Notes: generated from the sequence alone by a model not told the origin. A stretch of 63,711 bases of DNA, filler included, from Lenisia limosa (GCA_001655205.1; 14 parts of 14 records of this genome joined end to end with filler, not necessarily neighbours in it); one strand, 5' to 3'; counted from the whole stretch's first letter, positions 12,201-25,189 are shown. Numbers and translations are program-made.

Positions 12201-15200
12201 ACGACTAAGCTAGGGTCATCTTCTGGTGACCCATCGGCTTGGCTTCCTGAGCCTTCCAAAACGGGAAGTAGAACCGGACGGCGGCGGCGGCGGTGATAAT
12301 GGGCCGTTCTTGGTGGGTCAAAAAAACTATTCATTTACATTCATTAATGAAAAGCTTGGACTTCTTTCTCGCTTGAACAGAAGAGAGGAGAGGGGCTATA
12401 TACATTCCCGTCACTGTCAAAAGTCCTCGAAATGACTCTGGCAGCCGTTCTGGTGAGTTACTGAGGAGATTTTTTCTTGAGTAAGGCCTTATCATTTGGC
12501 GGTTTTGAGATCATTCTTCGCTATAAAGGCTCTTCTCCATCTGTCACCACCAACGCGATTCTGTCGGTACTAAAACACATCAGCCAATGTGGTTACTTGA
12601 AAGGAGGTTCGAAGGGTTGGCCCAAAAGTCTTGTTTTTATCAATAGTTGAAATCATTTCAGTCATACCTTATACTCGTCATCAGATCGTTTTGTTTCCTC
12701 TTTAATGCCGCCTTTCCAAGAACGGCTAGGACTCTTTTCGTAACCGAAATTCCGTCATCATCCATGCATTGTTGTACCTTCTCAACAACTTCCTTAGCCT
12801 CCTCCTTGTTCAGTGATTTCTGGCATCTAACTTTTCTTATTTCTCTGCCTTCTCTGAAATACATTAATAACAAAATCAAAGCACTTTTAGTCCATCAGAA
12901 TCAATAATATAAATACAGTGACCATAATAAGTTGATCGATTTTCCTTGAGAGAAAAATACATAAGGGAGGGGCAAAAGACTTCCGTGATCCTACCTTATG
13001 TCTTCAATCCGACACGCCGAACTGTCTCGCAATCTTAGAGTAGTTGACAGTTTTCGGTGAACTACCAAACTCAGGTTCCTGTCCAATCCTCTGCCGTAAA
13101 TACGCTAAACAATCGTCTGTACGATGTTTTAGAGTCGATATCATCGCTAAGTCAGGCTTATAGCCATCTCATTTTCTTCCCTAAAACTCTGCCTCCTTCC
13201 TTTCTATCTTCCTTGACTTAATTCAGCTTCCTAAACAACAAAATAACCGACTTCAACTCAGATTAGAATTGATTTCCAAAAATAACGGTTCACTAAAAAA
13301 AACAAAAAAATCTGGAATATTCTATCGTATATTTAGAGCCAGGTTCGGAGAATTAGAGCAGGGCCCCGTACTGTATAATATTCTGTAGAGTTTTCATGTA
13401 ATATATCTAAGATATTTAGTATAGTATACTATGTCATATGTTCTTATTAATATTTAGGCGATGTTTACACCAATAACAAACCGAACAAAGCCTAATCCCC
13501 AATCCTCTCCAAAGCCAACCACCTCTTCACTCAAACGTAGGACATGATCATGAGATGAAAAAAAGAAACAATTGCTCGTTTATTCATCTCATGACTCTGA
13601 TATAGCTCCATTCTCCACCCGCGTTCCTACCACCTTTCAACCTAAACACACCCCCCAAGGTTGGCTGATGCATAGCTGTTTCTGTGAATGTTATTTTCTT
13701 ACCACTTATCCCAGCTGCTGCCCATAACGCTGCAATTTCTCGTTTAGCTATGTGCAGTGATGGTACTCGCATTGCAACAGGGGGAGGTTAGCTTGGGTAG
13801 TAATGTGTATTAAAAAGTACTCTTATTACTTGATAACCATGAAGAGTGTCTGATATATCATAATAGAGAATATTCTGATATTCTTAGCGGACGGTGTTGT
13901 TCGACTGCAGCGTTTACCCGTTTCCAAGTACTCTGTGAGCGGTGTTTTATGAATAGGCTTTTTTAATTACACATTTTTTTTACTGGTGTTTTGTGTTTTT
14001 TTAAAATAAAATTGATAGTAAAGTGCCTCCTAATGTGTAGGGTGATGCGATGTACCTGATGTCCCATCGAGGCTCGGTCAACAGTCTTCATTGGAATGCA
14101 CCTTCATCACTTCTTCTCTCAACCTCCAGCGGTAGGAGATGTTCCACTGTTTTGAACAACTTGTTTTTTTTTTTTTTGCAATGCTCACTTCTAATAGATG
14201 GCACTGCTAGAGTTTCAAGAATAGGAAGATCAGATCCCCTTCTCATAATCAACTCTTCTGTACATAATTTCGGATCTGACAACTCGGTACTATTGAAAAT
14301 CCAATAGAAGTAGCTTATCATTCCAGATATCCTCAGAATTACCTAACAAACCGCTGGGTGAGATTAAATGTGGACAGTTTATTGGTGGGGACAAATTCAT
14401 CGGTGTTGGCTGTGGCGGAGCTCTTCATCTATTTAAGTACTACCTGGTAACCCCAAAAGCAGGTAGGGGACCTATTGTTTATATGATATCATATGGGTGT
14501 TTTATCATTTAGGAGACCGGACCTATTGTTTATATGATATCATATGGGTTTTTTATCATTTAGGAGACCTTCGAGGTAAACAAGTTCCGCAGAGTCGTTA
14601 TAAACTTGCACGTGGAATTACAACTTCGAGGTGAGTGAAAAGGATGTGAGGCTTACTGAAAGTCTCTCTTAACTAACTATCAAGTCAAACACTCACCGCG
14701 ATCTCCTCGGTTAACTCACTTTACTCCCCAATTGTTTTGGCGGCAGGTAGCAATAGGTATATGTTGGCAAGATGACACCAATAAAACTCCTTCACATTAA
14801 CACGTTAGAAACATTGAAATTGTTGATATTCAACAAGGTGCAGTTGTTCGGTCAATAACTGACGCCCATACACGTGCTGTCCATGCGGTGGGTGTTACAC
14901 TTCTTCTTTGCATCCCTCACCCGCAACCCCCCCCCTCAGTTAAAACTTACGGGTGCTGGAGGAGAGGGCTGCTCTCACCCAAAAGAGGCTGGCAATATGT
15001 TCCTGTCGGTATCGCAAGATAACTGTGTCAAACTATGGGATGTCAGACAACAACGGTTTGTTCAGTTTAATGTATTCTGAGATGCTAATAACTCTCAGAA
15101 CAGTACGACGATTCGAGGGGCACACAAATCGCTCTCAACAAATCGGTGCAGATTTCTCACCGTCATTACTGTGGGCGATGACTTATCCACGAATGTTATT

Positions 15201-15508
15201 TACACTGATGAATATGAATGGAAAGGGAAAACCTGTTTACTGCTTGTATATCTCTCCTGACACTCTAGAAATGTGGTGGTGGGTTCCGAGTCAAAAACGG
15301 CAATTGTGTATGATCTGAGAACAGGAACGGTGTCCAGGTTAGGAACTAAAACTCCATAGCCTTACTGACAATACGTAGTCGCCTTGGTCCCCACCCTCAT
15401 GTTGTCTCCGATGTCGCATGGCACCCTGTTCATCCACAGGTATGTACTGCTTGCTTTGATGGGAAGGTCCGTTTCTTTGCACCAGAAAAGTCAACCCAAT
15501 CAAGATAA
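9207..15508 (+). CDS. WDR27: WD repeat-containing protein 27 (multi-exon, apparently complete)
   Basis: Spliced peptides: MWEPTSHFDFPAHNPACIAQCNK|YICLPKGSSIEVYDAQDENPLFVLNGGHINNITS; GPVKSSGYGSEKPR|AMFTPITN; YLMSHRGSVNSLHWN; VGCGGALHLFKYYL; LTAISSVNSLYSPIVLAAGSN|RNIEIVDIQQGAVVRSITDAHTRAVHA; NMFLSVSQDNCVKLWDVRQQR|TVRRFEGHTNRSQQIGADFSPSLLNVVVGSESKTAIVYD; VSDVAWHPVHPQVCTACFDGKVRFFAPEKSTQSR* (TAA 15506-15508). These match the WDR27 motif order. Confidence 0.9.
12230..13373 (-). mobile_element. Decayed pogo/Tc5-like (Tc1/mariner superfamily) transposon, antisense inside the ~1.6-kb WDR27 intron
   Basis: Candidate left end TA|CAGTACGGGGCCCTGCTCTAATT at 13375-13350. Spliced psq-HTH/CENP-B-type peptides: CLAYLRQRIGQEPEFGSSPKTVNYSKIARQFG|ENRSTYYGH; SLNKEEAKEVVEKVQQCMDDDGISVTKRVLAVLG; NRVGGDRWRRAFIAKN. 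At least one frame break. No DDE domain or right TIR visible; they may lie in the 11903-12056 gap. Confidence 0.68.
14468..14569 (+). repeat. 51-bp tandem duplication of a WDR27 intron 3' end and acceptor
   Basis: GGACCTATTGTTTATATGATATCATATGGGT(G/T)TTTTATCATTTAGGAGACC twice (14468-14518, 14519-14569), one mismatch. Confidence 0.9.
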
Positions 15509-15682
15509 TAATAAACATATTGTCTATTAACGTGTCCGTCATTATTCATTAATATATTTCATGTCCCCACTATCACCCCTCAAGTTTACCAGTTGTGAAA
15601 ACACTCAATCAAAATAAAAAATAAACAAGATACAAAAACCATGATACTGTACAAAAAGAAAAAGAAGTAGTGCACTATGGAG

Positions 15683-18600
15683 TTATTGGCCACCAAGCCT
15701 CAGTAAAAGTTTTTTGGGTTTTGGTGGTGCTTGTGAAGATGGCATAGTAGTCTGGATGGTTAACATGATGAAAAAAAAGAAACAGAAACTAAAGAATGCT
15801 ACAGAATATCTGATATATCATAGTATATGGTTAAGATGTAAAAGAAAATCACCATGTACTATGATAAAATATATCGATATACCAGAAATAGTAAGTAGTA
15901 TAGAAAACACTGGGACTGATTACCCCCCCCCCCCAACCNNNNNNNNNNNNNNNNNNNNNNNNNNNNNNNNNNNNNNNNNNNNNNNNNNNNNNNNNNNNNN
16001 NNNNNNNNNNNNNNNNNNNNNNNNNNNNNNNNNNNNNNNNNNNNNNNNNNNNNNNNNNNNNNNNNNNNNNNAGTAAAAACCAAAACTATATAAGCAACAA
16101 TAAAAATGAGTGGAAGGACCACTCATTCTCGTAACCATATTTGTGTATAGAAATAAATAAAAATAGTTGCACCTGATAAACGATATTACTTCACATAATA
16201 TTCCTTCCAATAACCCGTTAACAGCTCGCCTCGGTCATGTATCCCCCCCCCCNNNNNNNNNNNNNNNNNNNNNNNNNNNNNNNNNNNNNNNNNNNNNNNN
16301 NNNNNNNNNNNNNNNNNNNNNTGGTAGGAACAGCTGCAAGATCTTCATAGTGGGTTGTGCGTGGACGTGTACGCGGTGTGCTAAAGGGGTAAAAACAACA
16401 GGTATCGGACTTTTTTTGAAACAAAAGGGGGGTTAATTTAGGTTTTGTTCTGTGTGCGGTTCAATTACCTTCCCAACCCTCTCACCTGGCATATCCCATA
16501 CTTGTGAACTCTTGGTCTGTTGTGTCCATTCCACTGAAGTGACCGGGTCTCTTATTGCGTGTTCGTGTCTTCGCTGGGGGGTGGGGGGAGTGATTTTCTC
16601 AAAAAAAGGAATACAGGGGAAAACAATAAATCGGAAGCGGGAAAACTCATACACATAAACAATTTGCTTACATTGAGGAACATATTCATCTTGTAAATCA
16701 TCCATAATAGCATCATCCACATCGTTTTCATCGTCATCATCGTCATCGTCGTCGATGACCACTCCTTTTCTACGAGCTATTTGGAATGAAGAAAGGAAGA
16801 GTACGAGAAGAGGCTAGAGATTAAGACATATAAATGACCAGCCCAGGTAAGATTAACTACAAGATTAACGTCGCTGTTTTTATATAGCATAACCCCCTCT
16901 CCCCCCCACCCCCACAAGTTTGCATATCACGTCCTCGAGCTTGCTGAAAAGGTCAAAATGCAATAAGAAGTGCNNNNNNNNNNNNNNNNNNNNNNNNNNN
17001 NNNNNNNNNNNNNNNNNNNNNNNNNNNNNNNNNNNNNNNNNNNNNNNNNNNNNNNNNNNNNNNNNNNNNNNNNNNNNNNNNNNNNNNNNNNNNNNNNNNN
17101 NNNNNNNNNNNNGGCTCTGGCTTGGCCTTCGGTTTGGGTGCACGCTTTGGCTTAGGCAGCAACTTAGGGACTTGACGAGTACGAGTGGTGCGTAAAACGC
17201 TCTCATCAACCATGTCCGCTACAACGCCTTGTTTGCGACGGCTTCTTCTCGGCTGAAGAGTCAGTTTGTGAATAGAACACTGGGCATGGGAGGGAATAAA
17301 CACTGAATTGACAACCCACCTCTGTTGTTCCTGTATGTGTGCCCCCTGCTGGCTTGTCTAGAAGGTTAGAGACACAAAAGCCCTTCACAGTCCCCCCCCC
17401 CCTCATCTCCCTTCTTCCATTCTCACATTCATCGTNNNNNNNNNNNNNNNNNNNNNNNNNNNNNNNNNNNNNNNNNNNNNNNNNNNNNNNNNNNNNNNNN
17501 NNNNNNNNNNNNNNNNNNNCTAATTCTCCTGGCGCGTGTTTCACTTGGAGGAGGCTGTAACACCATAAGTATGAATAATGTATAGTTTCAGAGACAAAAG
17601 CAATGCAAAGAGAGGATTATTCTGTCGGAAATTCTCCTCAAACCAAATCAACACCATAAATATCAAGGTCACTCGTTGATGAGGCAGGTTTGGAAAAGGT
17701 AGGAGGCAAGAAGGCATCTTCGACGGGTGGTGGAACGGTTTTGGGTTGTACCTGGCAAAGGTGGGATAAATTGAGTGAAATCTAATAGAAACTACACCAG
17801 TGGCTTGGCGATCATAAAAATGTGTTATAATTGCCTCCTGGTCTCCCAGAAAAATGACAGAATCAGAATCTATGCACTGATATATAGAATAGCCATCAAG
17901 AGTAGCTTACAATAGGAGCCTGTGTGGCGACTGGGGCGGGTGGGGGTAGAGAAGCAGGCTTTGAAAGTACTTTTGAGAGTGCTGCGGGCGTTGCTGACAT
18001 TGTCATATACGAGTATTAAAATAGACATTTGCCTTCCCATAACGTACATGTGGGAAGAGAAGTTGGAAGGTTTGTGGAGGGCACCTTAACCTCAACTGAT
18101 GTTGGGGCATCCAAAGGATGTACTGAAGGGGCCTGGACAATACGAGCTTTTTCAGGAGGCTCAACAATGGGTTCAAGAGGCAATGGTACTTCAGTCTGAA
18201 GAGCAATTTGTGTGTCTGGCAGGAAGAAATTGAAATCTGGATCAATTTCGGGCTCTTTCTTTCTTCTTCCTTTCACCTTCGGCTTTACCTCTACAGAAAC
18301 TGGCTTCTGCTGTTGAAGTGCCGCCAATCCTCCACGAGCAATTGGACGATAGATTTGTTCGATCAAGGCTGATGCTCCCAGAGGCTTCAGGGGGAGGTTC
18401 TCAGGGGGGCGGATAGGCTCAGGTTCTGGGATGAAAAGTTACGTTTCCGAACAATATAATAACATAATAACATAGACATAAGAAAAGAGCACAACTTAGG
18501 TGGGACAAGTGGTTGAAATAAATGCATAAGATTGACAACACCAACCCTGATCAGGAGCAGTGAGGCATATGGGGATGGTTTCTCCAAAAAAAAAGGAGTA

Positions 18601-21530
18601 CAGCCGCCGAACAGCCACGCAGAGGCGTTGATGCTGCACTGTTTTCATGTTGCTGTAATGGTGAAAATAACTCCAACCTCATTGGGCTTACATAAGTAGG
18701 TTCCAAAGGCGATTGACAAGTGTAATATTGGAGTCATGTCGGTGGGTGAAGACGGTGCGATAAGAAGACTAGAGGGAGATGAGTTTACTTTCTTCAATTG
18801 TTACCTGTAGGTTACGTAGAAAAAGAGAACTTCACCCAACCTTTTTGCCAGAAAGTGTGTCAGGGAAACAAGACATTGTATGCGCAACACAAGCACGGAA
18901 CCTGGATGTTAGACAACTTGCTTAAACTGAAGTAAATAAACAACCCAATTGACTTTACTCACAGCTCACCGTTCAGAGTTGTTTTCGTCCTCAATTAAAG
19001 AGAGAAGGTGGTCCAAGATGGCAGGCTGGGTAATACCAAGTCGAACAAGTGCCCAAGCAGCAGACTGACGAACCTATTTTGGTTAATAAGATGAAGGTAG
19101 GCCATGTACTAAAACTTGAAAAGAAAACCAAAACAAACCTCGTGGCTGTAGCCTCTTTGTGTGTACTTAAAGACAATATCAGTAGCCTCAACTCCTTCGG
19201 GTAGACAGTTTGAGAAATGAAGGTCAACAACACTCTATAAGGGGTGAATGCACATGCATAGCACGAAAAGAAAAGAACTTAGATACATGTACATACATGG
19301 ACCTCACCTGTAAAATGGCTTGAAGGACAATGTTATTGTAAATGGGGGTGCGCTCTTCAACTTGAAGATAGTCTTGCAGATACTGGTAGATCTGAAAAAA
19401 ACATCAGGTTGTGGAGAGAGGCGGTGATAAACGGCTATCAACAAAAAGAGAATGAGCAATAGTACAAATTGCAAGCCCTCTTCGCAACTCCTCCCCTCAC
19501 CCTACCTCACCCTCCCAAAAAAAACTTGCCTGCAACGAACGTACCAATTTGATATCTTGTGGGGTGGACACCTTTAGAGACCCGAGTGACCGAACAACCC
19601 CAGCAATGAACCAAGCGTCAGAATACTTGAACCGGTAAGAGAAGATACTCAGCTTTACCCAAATAGTATTCAAAACATTTAAACGAATCACCCTTCCTCT
19701 GATCTCCTCAAACTGGGTTTTCTCGATTGTTGCTTTGCCTCATAACATCGAAGATGAGTCGAATGCAGTCAGGGGGGGATTTTCCCGTATCAGGCAGCCG
19801 AATGCGAGAAATTGCACGAATCAGGCTCTATATTGATGACATGGACAGATGTGGACCAGGGGTAGGGTAGGCGGATGCGCTTCATATTACCCCCACCCCT
19901 CCAACTGTTTCCATGAAATACTCTGGAAGATTGTGGAAGTTATGTGGGCGAAGTCTGCTTTTTGGGCCCCCAGCCAAAGGGTTTCCGGCTCGATCTGTTC
20001 GGCCAATTTGGAAGTATCTAGAAACATTATGCTTTGTAGCGAGACCGAAACTGGACCAAGTCAACCAAAACCCCCTCTAAACTTGTCTTTGAACGTTCTG
20101 ATCAAAATATCAAGAGCAAGCCATGACGTTGTGGGTGATGCCAGCTGCAACAATTACTCAGGTGGGTGGTGGAATACTCTATAAGAAGACAAAAAAATAA
20201 AAAATAAAACACAAAATGTTCAAAAGAACAACGGTGCAAGTCAATATTATCAAAAACTATTTGATAGTTCAGCTCACTTTAGCTAGAGCAGAAGCAGCTA
20301 AAGCTCTGACTCTCCAGAAGATGGCCTTGTTTTCAAGCACGGAAGCAAGCGCAGAAATAGAGCCTCGGGAGGGATGATTCTCCAACGCAGCGATAGCCTG
20401 TGAAGAAATAATTAACCAATCAAACCATAAAACAGTAATTCAAGAAATAGATACCCCATCCCCACAGTGGCCTGTCCAACTACATCTCTGTCATATTGTG
20501 CCATATACTGCCACATAAAGTCTGGCTGCTTGAAGTCGATACTGGCAGGCCATTGCATATCAGGGTCAATGCGCATCCATAAAAGAGAGGAGTCCATCCT
20601 AAATATGAATAAAAACCGACAGCAAAAAGGAGAGCTGAAAATAATCAAATATAAATGCATATTGGTATTTTACCCACTCTTTGTTCATTGCAATGACTAC
20701 TTCCTCGCCAGTCTGAATAAATCATATATGTTACTGTAACTATCAACAGGGGAATTGAGAGAAAGATACAATAATACCAGTAAGGTAAGCTGTTCATCTT
20801 ACCTGTAGTTTCACCGCTTTGTTTTTAATTTTACGAAACTTGGAAAACGTTCTTAATGCGTGCTAAAACAATCAATTTACGGTCTAAAAGAAAACATGTT
20901 TTGTTTATAGTATATTGTACAGAAAGGATATTAGATTGACAGCATACAGCTTCTTGAGATGAACGGACGACTAGTTTGTGGTCTCTTACGGTATCTAACT
21001 CAGCTACCCGGACAGTCATGGGGCCCTGAAGGAAATAAAATATGAATAGCCCCACCAAATTATTCCATCATATACTCCTAACCTTGAAGAGCCTAGCCTT
21101 GTCAAGATGTTGATTGATGACAAACTCAAAACTTTGCTTCTTTCTTGACACACTGTACCCCATTGTCATTCGTGGGTAGCCCGTTTGGTTTCTGAGAATC
21201 AAATGGTGAGAAGCGAAATTCGACTTTAACATGCCATGTACCACCACCCTCTTACATCCACATTGACGTGAAAATAGTGAGATCTACTCCGAGGACAAGA
21301 GACATACAGTGGAGGAAGTCATAAGTTTTTAGATTGTCTAATATCGTAATAACAGCAAGAAAAACGAATCATGGAATTCAACGTCCTTCTATGTTTGCCT
21401 ACAAAATCCCTTGTTCGCGGCACCAGAAACGGGAACCGGCACAGGTCCATTACGAAGAATGTAGCAGAGTAGCCTCGTGATGTTAATGGTACCAACTTTT
21501 CGAAGAAGCATTCCCGCGACCATTTTAGCC
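15683..21530 (-). CDS. TAF2: TFIID subunit 2 (5' part missing at scaffold end), with a long low-complexity C-terminal tail
   Basis: TYDFLHCMSLVLGVDLTIFTSMWI|NQTGYPR; GPMTVRVAELDTVRDHKLVV; MDSSLLWMRIDPDMQWPASIDFKQPDFMWQYMAQYDRDVVGQ; FKYSDAWFIAGVVRSLG; IYQYLQDYLQVEERTPIYNNIVLQAI. These correspond to TAF2 motifs (SPLLWIRIDPD...QADFMWQYQLRYERDVVAQ; FSDNYYRAELIDAL). Putative end APPKPKKLLLRLGGQ* (TAA 15685-15683); tail exons are less certain. Confidence 0.9.
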
Positions 21531-21651
21531 TAAAATATGATTAGCACAAATATTATTCTCTTTCCAAAGAATAAATATGCATATATAGTACATGCTAGGC
21601 AACCTAAACTCCATATTTTATTCAAAACTCCGTATTCTATTTTTATAAAAT

Positions 21652-21751
21652 NNNNNNNNNNNNNNNNNNNNNNNNNNNNNNNNNNNNNNNNNNNNTTAAT
21701 TAATTAANNNNNNNNNNNNNNNNNNNNNNNNNNNNNNNNNNNNNNNNNNNN
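21652..21751. other. Artificial scaffold linker N44-TTAATTAATTAA-N44 (first of 13)
   Basis: Identical 100-nt spacers at 21652-21751, 24607-24706, 29216-29315, 32006-32105, 45731-45830, 46928-47027, 48148-48247, 50991-51090, 53643-53742, 55355-55454, 57080-57179, 60822-60921 and 62455-62554. The 12-mer puts stop codons in all six frames. Confidence 0.97.
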
Positions 21752-21814
21752 AATAAATTGGAAAATTTAATGAAACAAAAAAAAAAGCCCAAAATCAATA
21801 GGTAAAAAGCCTAC

Positions 21815-24411
21815 TATTGAAGATAGGGCTCTCGAGGAGCTGAACGAGTTTGTCCATTTCCAGCAGGAGGGACACAGTTGTTGGGAGTGTAACTCTGGGG
21901 AAATGAGGTAAGATTATGTTAACGAGGGGGAAGACGCTGTGATAACACAAAATATCGAAATATTTCGAGGATTTATCGAGAATTTCAGTCTTTTTTCGAA
22001 CCGAAGTAAAGCCCTATTACATGTACATTATTGCCCCGTCCATTAACTTTCTGCAGTTGTAGCCCGGGCCAGAAGACTCCGCATGTGATGATCATCCCCC
22101 CCNNNNNNNNNNNNNNNNNNNNNNNNNNNNNNNNNNNNNNNNNNNNNNNNNNNNNNNNNNNNNNNNNNNNNNNNNNNNNNNNNNNNNNNNNNNNNNNNNN
22201 NNNNNNNNNNNNNNNNNNNNNNNNNNNNNNNNNNNNNNNNNNNNNNNNNNNNNNNNNNNNNNNNNNNNNNNNNNNNNNNNNNNNNNNNNNNNNNNNNNNN
22301 NNNNNNNNNNNNNNNNNNNNNNGGCTCACGGACCAAGCTGTCACGAGTTCGCGGAAGATGTCTTCATCCGCTTGGTCCTGGGGGGCAGGGTAAAATTAGA
22401 AAATTTATGAAACAAAAAAGCGCAAAATCAACTCTGACACTTGTATATACTCAGTCGGTCATATGATCATATCATGTAGATAAGCGTTGATACGAGTAAT
22501 CGTAGGTGGGTCAACATTTCCCCCTTTGCGTACACGCAAGAGATGAAGACCTTCGCGTAAGACCAAAAGCTCCTCTGATGTCAGCAGAATGAGGGACAGG
22601 TGCTGGACTAGGAGGGTGGCGAACCCGACATCCTAAACTGGTCAATATTGCAAGATCATAACATCCTAAATTGGTCAATCAGGCAATATTATAATATATA
22701 ATATGAGAAGAAAAGAAGAGTATCTATTTCACGAGTGAACATCCCTCACCTTTTCCTCCATAATTACCCTGGCAAATGCCTGGAAAATGTCTCGGCCTCT
22801 AAAAAGGGTTAAACAGCCATTTGCGCATCATAATCTAACCCCCTTCCCAACATCATATACAATGATCAGAGCTTCATTTCGGTTCAAAAAAGACCGGTAA
22901 AATATCGATAGTTTTCGAGGATTTATCGAGAAATTCANNNNNNNNNNNNNNNNNNNNNNNNNNNNNNNNNNNNNNNNNNNNNNNNNNNNNNNNNNNNNNN
23001 NNNNNNNNNNNNNNNNNNNNNNNNNNNNNNNNNNNNNNNNNNNNNNNNNNNNNNNNNNNNATCACGAAACGAATAATCTGAAACTCCAAACAGACAAAAA
23101 AAAGCAATAGTACGAGCAACAGTGAAAAATGGAACATTGATGAGGGTGGAGGGTATGGTGGTCAAGCCTACCTTAGGGAAAACGCCATCAAAGGTTTTGC
23201 AGAGGTCTCCTGCAAGTCGAGTTGCGAGCTCGACAACCTTGGGAGTCAAAATGAAAAGGCGAAGAGGAAGTATCTGACTCAAGTTGTCCACACCATCACA
23301 CCAAGGGCTTCACTCCGGTAGCACATCACACACATCACCACGCTTATAAAAGATATTGGATTATAGAATAATAAAAATCTCCCAACAGTCTCAAGAACCA
23401 TGCCACCCCTCGGCCTGGCCGGGGCAAAATAATTGCTTCAACAACCAGAAATTCACTACGGTCCCAAAAAAGACTGAATTTCTCGATACGATAAATATCG
23501 ATAAAAACCCACCTCAGGAACATGCGAAATAATGGCCTCAACAACAGGCGGGAGAATGGCGTCGATGCGCGGCGCGAACTCTTGGCTGTCACGCGACCAT
23601 ACTAACAGCAGCCAGCGCAGACTTTCGTGAACGGCACGGGATGAGGGTCTAGGGGGTGATAAGCCGAAAAAAAAGTATATATTATACGTATAATAGAGCT
23701 TCACTTCGGTTCCGGAAAATATCGATAGTTTTCGAGGAGTTATCGAGAAATTCAGTTTTTTTTGAACCGAAGAGAAGCCCTACCTGTAATATATATTTAT
23801 GCATTATGACGACCCCCTTACGGCCATAATAACTCCAGTTATAAATATGATAATCCACCCCCACAATTGAGTAGAAAGCACGGAAACCAGCTCGGTAATT
23901 ACTGCGCCATCCGTGAGTTTGAGGGACGACCCTGAGGCAATCGCGAAAAGGGACGACAAGGCTTCTTCCGAAGACAGACTAATTTCTACATGGGTGAGAG
24001 CCTCTTCTTTTGGGTCAAGAAATAATATCATATCATGTGAAAATCAAGGTCTCTTCTGAAGAGACTGATTTTGACAAATTATAATAGAAGTAGGGCTTCA
24101 CTTCGGTTCGAAAAATTCTGGTAAAATATATAGTTTTCGAGGATTTATCGGTTTTGTTTAAGTAGGGTGTTTTAATTCTACTTAATTTCTCACTAGTGAG
24201 AGGGCTTCTACTTTCCATAATAGGAAATAAAAGCGCAACATTTCCCATATTAGGAAAGCCAAACGGCCCCACTTACCATATTCGGAGTTGTCCTGCAACG
24301 GGAGAATGACTTTGACCAAAGTGGGGAGGAGGGAAATCACGATTTGTTCAGGGACGGATGTGACCAGTCTTTGGATCCAATGCAGGGCTTTTTGCCTTCT
24401 TTGCGTCCCAC
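21815..24411 (-). CDS. VAC14: VAC14 (PI(3,5)P2 regulatory complex HEAT scaffold), internal fragment
   Basis: RQKALHWIQRLVTSVPEQIV; VHESLRWLLLVWSRDSQEFAPRIDAILPPVVEAII; DVGFATLLVQHLSLILLTSEELLVLREGL; DIFRELVTAWSVS; LLLEMDKLVQLLESPIFN. These match VAC14 motifs [26 protein letters not shown] and EVDKLVQLIECPIF. Confidence 0.9.
23694..23782. mobile_element. MITE-A copy (hAT-type, ~100-bp family), internally shortened
   Basis: TAGAGCTTCACTTCGGTTCC...TTGAACCGAAGAGAAGCCCTA, inside a VAC14 intron. Partial copies nearby at 21949-22016, 22867-22937, 23457-23510 and 24091-24150. Confidence 0.8.
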
Positions 24412-25067
24412 CTGGGGGTGATGATCGTTTGTAGGGCTTTATTGTTATTATTGGGATGATGATTGTTAGGGCTTTTTCGTAAATTTTTTTATTATTCTTA
24501 TTATTATGATGATTTCCTTCACTGTATCAGTGATGCGATGACAAAATACAAAGCAAATTTATTATTATTATTATACTGTATGACGCCGTATACTATTCTG
24601 CCAACANNNNNNNNNNNNNNNNNNNNNNNNNNNNNNNNNNNNNNNNNNNNTTAATTAATTAANNNNNNNNNNNNNNNNNNNNNNNNNNNNNNNNNNNNNN
24701 NNNNNNTTGTTAAACATTAAGCAGAAGAAAGAGGCTGGTGATCCTTAGGATGATCAAAGCTCCAGATTTAGTACATCTTTAGCTTTCTGTTTCTGTTAGA
24801 TTGCCTTTGAATACTTACCTTTTTAATCAAGAGGCTTGTTACAACATTAGGACAGGTTGACCCAGATTTTCACTGAGGTCTCAAAAACTAGTTCACTTTA
24901 TATTGCTCCTCCTCTTTTTCTACCCTTAATTATCACCATTTCTTTTTCTACCCAAGCTTAGCAGTGATTTAGAAAAAAAGGTTGCCTAAAACTGTCCATC
25001 ACAGGCCCAAAATCGCATAAACTAGGTTATAACAATGAATTGGACTCAGGCTTTAATTTATTGACCT

Positions 25068-25169
25068 CCCTCTCGTCGGCCCTCTGGTCTTAATAACCCA
25101 TCCGCCGGCCCTCTGGTCTTGACAACCCATCCGTCGGCCCTTGGGTCTTAATAACCCATCCGCCGGCCC
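25068..25169. repeat. 29-bp minisatellite, ~3.5 copies
   Basis: Unit approximately GGCCCTCTGGTCTTAATAACCCATCCGCC, with no unique spacers. Confidence 0.85.
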
Positions 25170-25189
25170 AGTCTGTGTTTCATAATATC

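Noticed and set aside
15160-15270. Possible micro-exon or non-canonical AT-AG intron encoding CGR in WDR27
   Set aside because: A plain GT-AG intron at 15171-15268 yields SPSLLNVVVGSE with the right length, so the CGR reading is coincidental.
21192-21260. Apparent in-frame TAA in TAF2 (WM*EGGG) suggesting stop-codon reassignment
   Set aside because: A canonical 64-nt GTAAGA...AG intron (21255-21192) removes it and gives WINQTGYPR, which fits TAF2 better. WDR27 also ends on TAA at the expected position.
21696-21707. TTAATTAATTAA as a biological motif (telomere seed, elimination or breakage signal)
   Set aside because: Always centred in exactly 44 N on each side, which is a standard six-frame-stop assembly spacer.
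15508-24411. Functional clustering of TAF2 with VAC14 or other cross-scaffold neighbours
   Set aside because: Separated by an artificial linker. Only TOPBP1-WDR27-TAF2, TRAFD1-like/LamG/multi-TM and dynein-p24 are physically linked within scaffolds.
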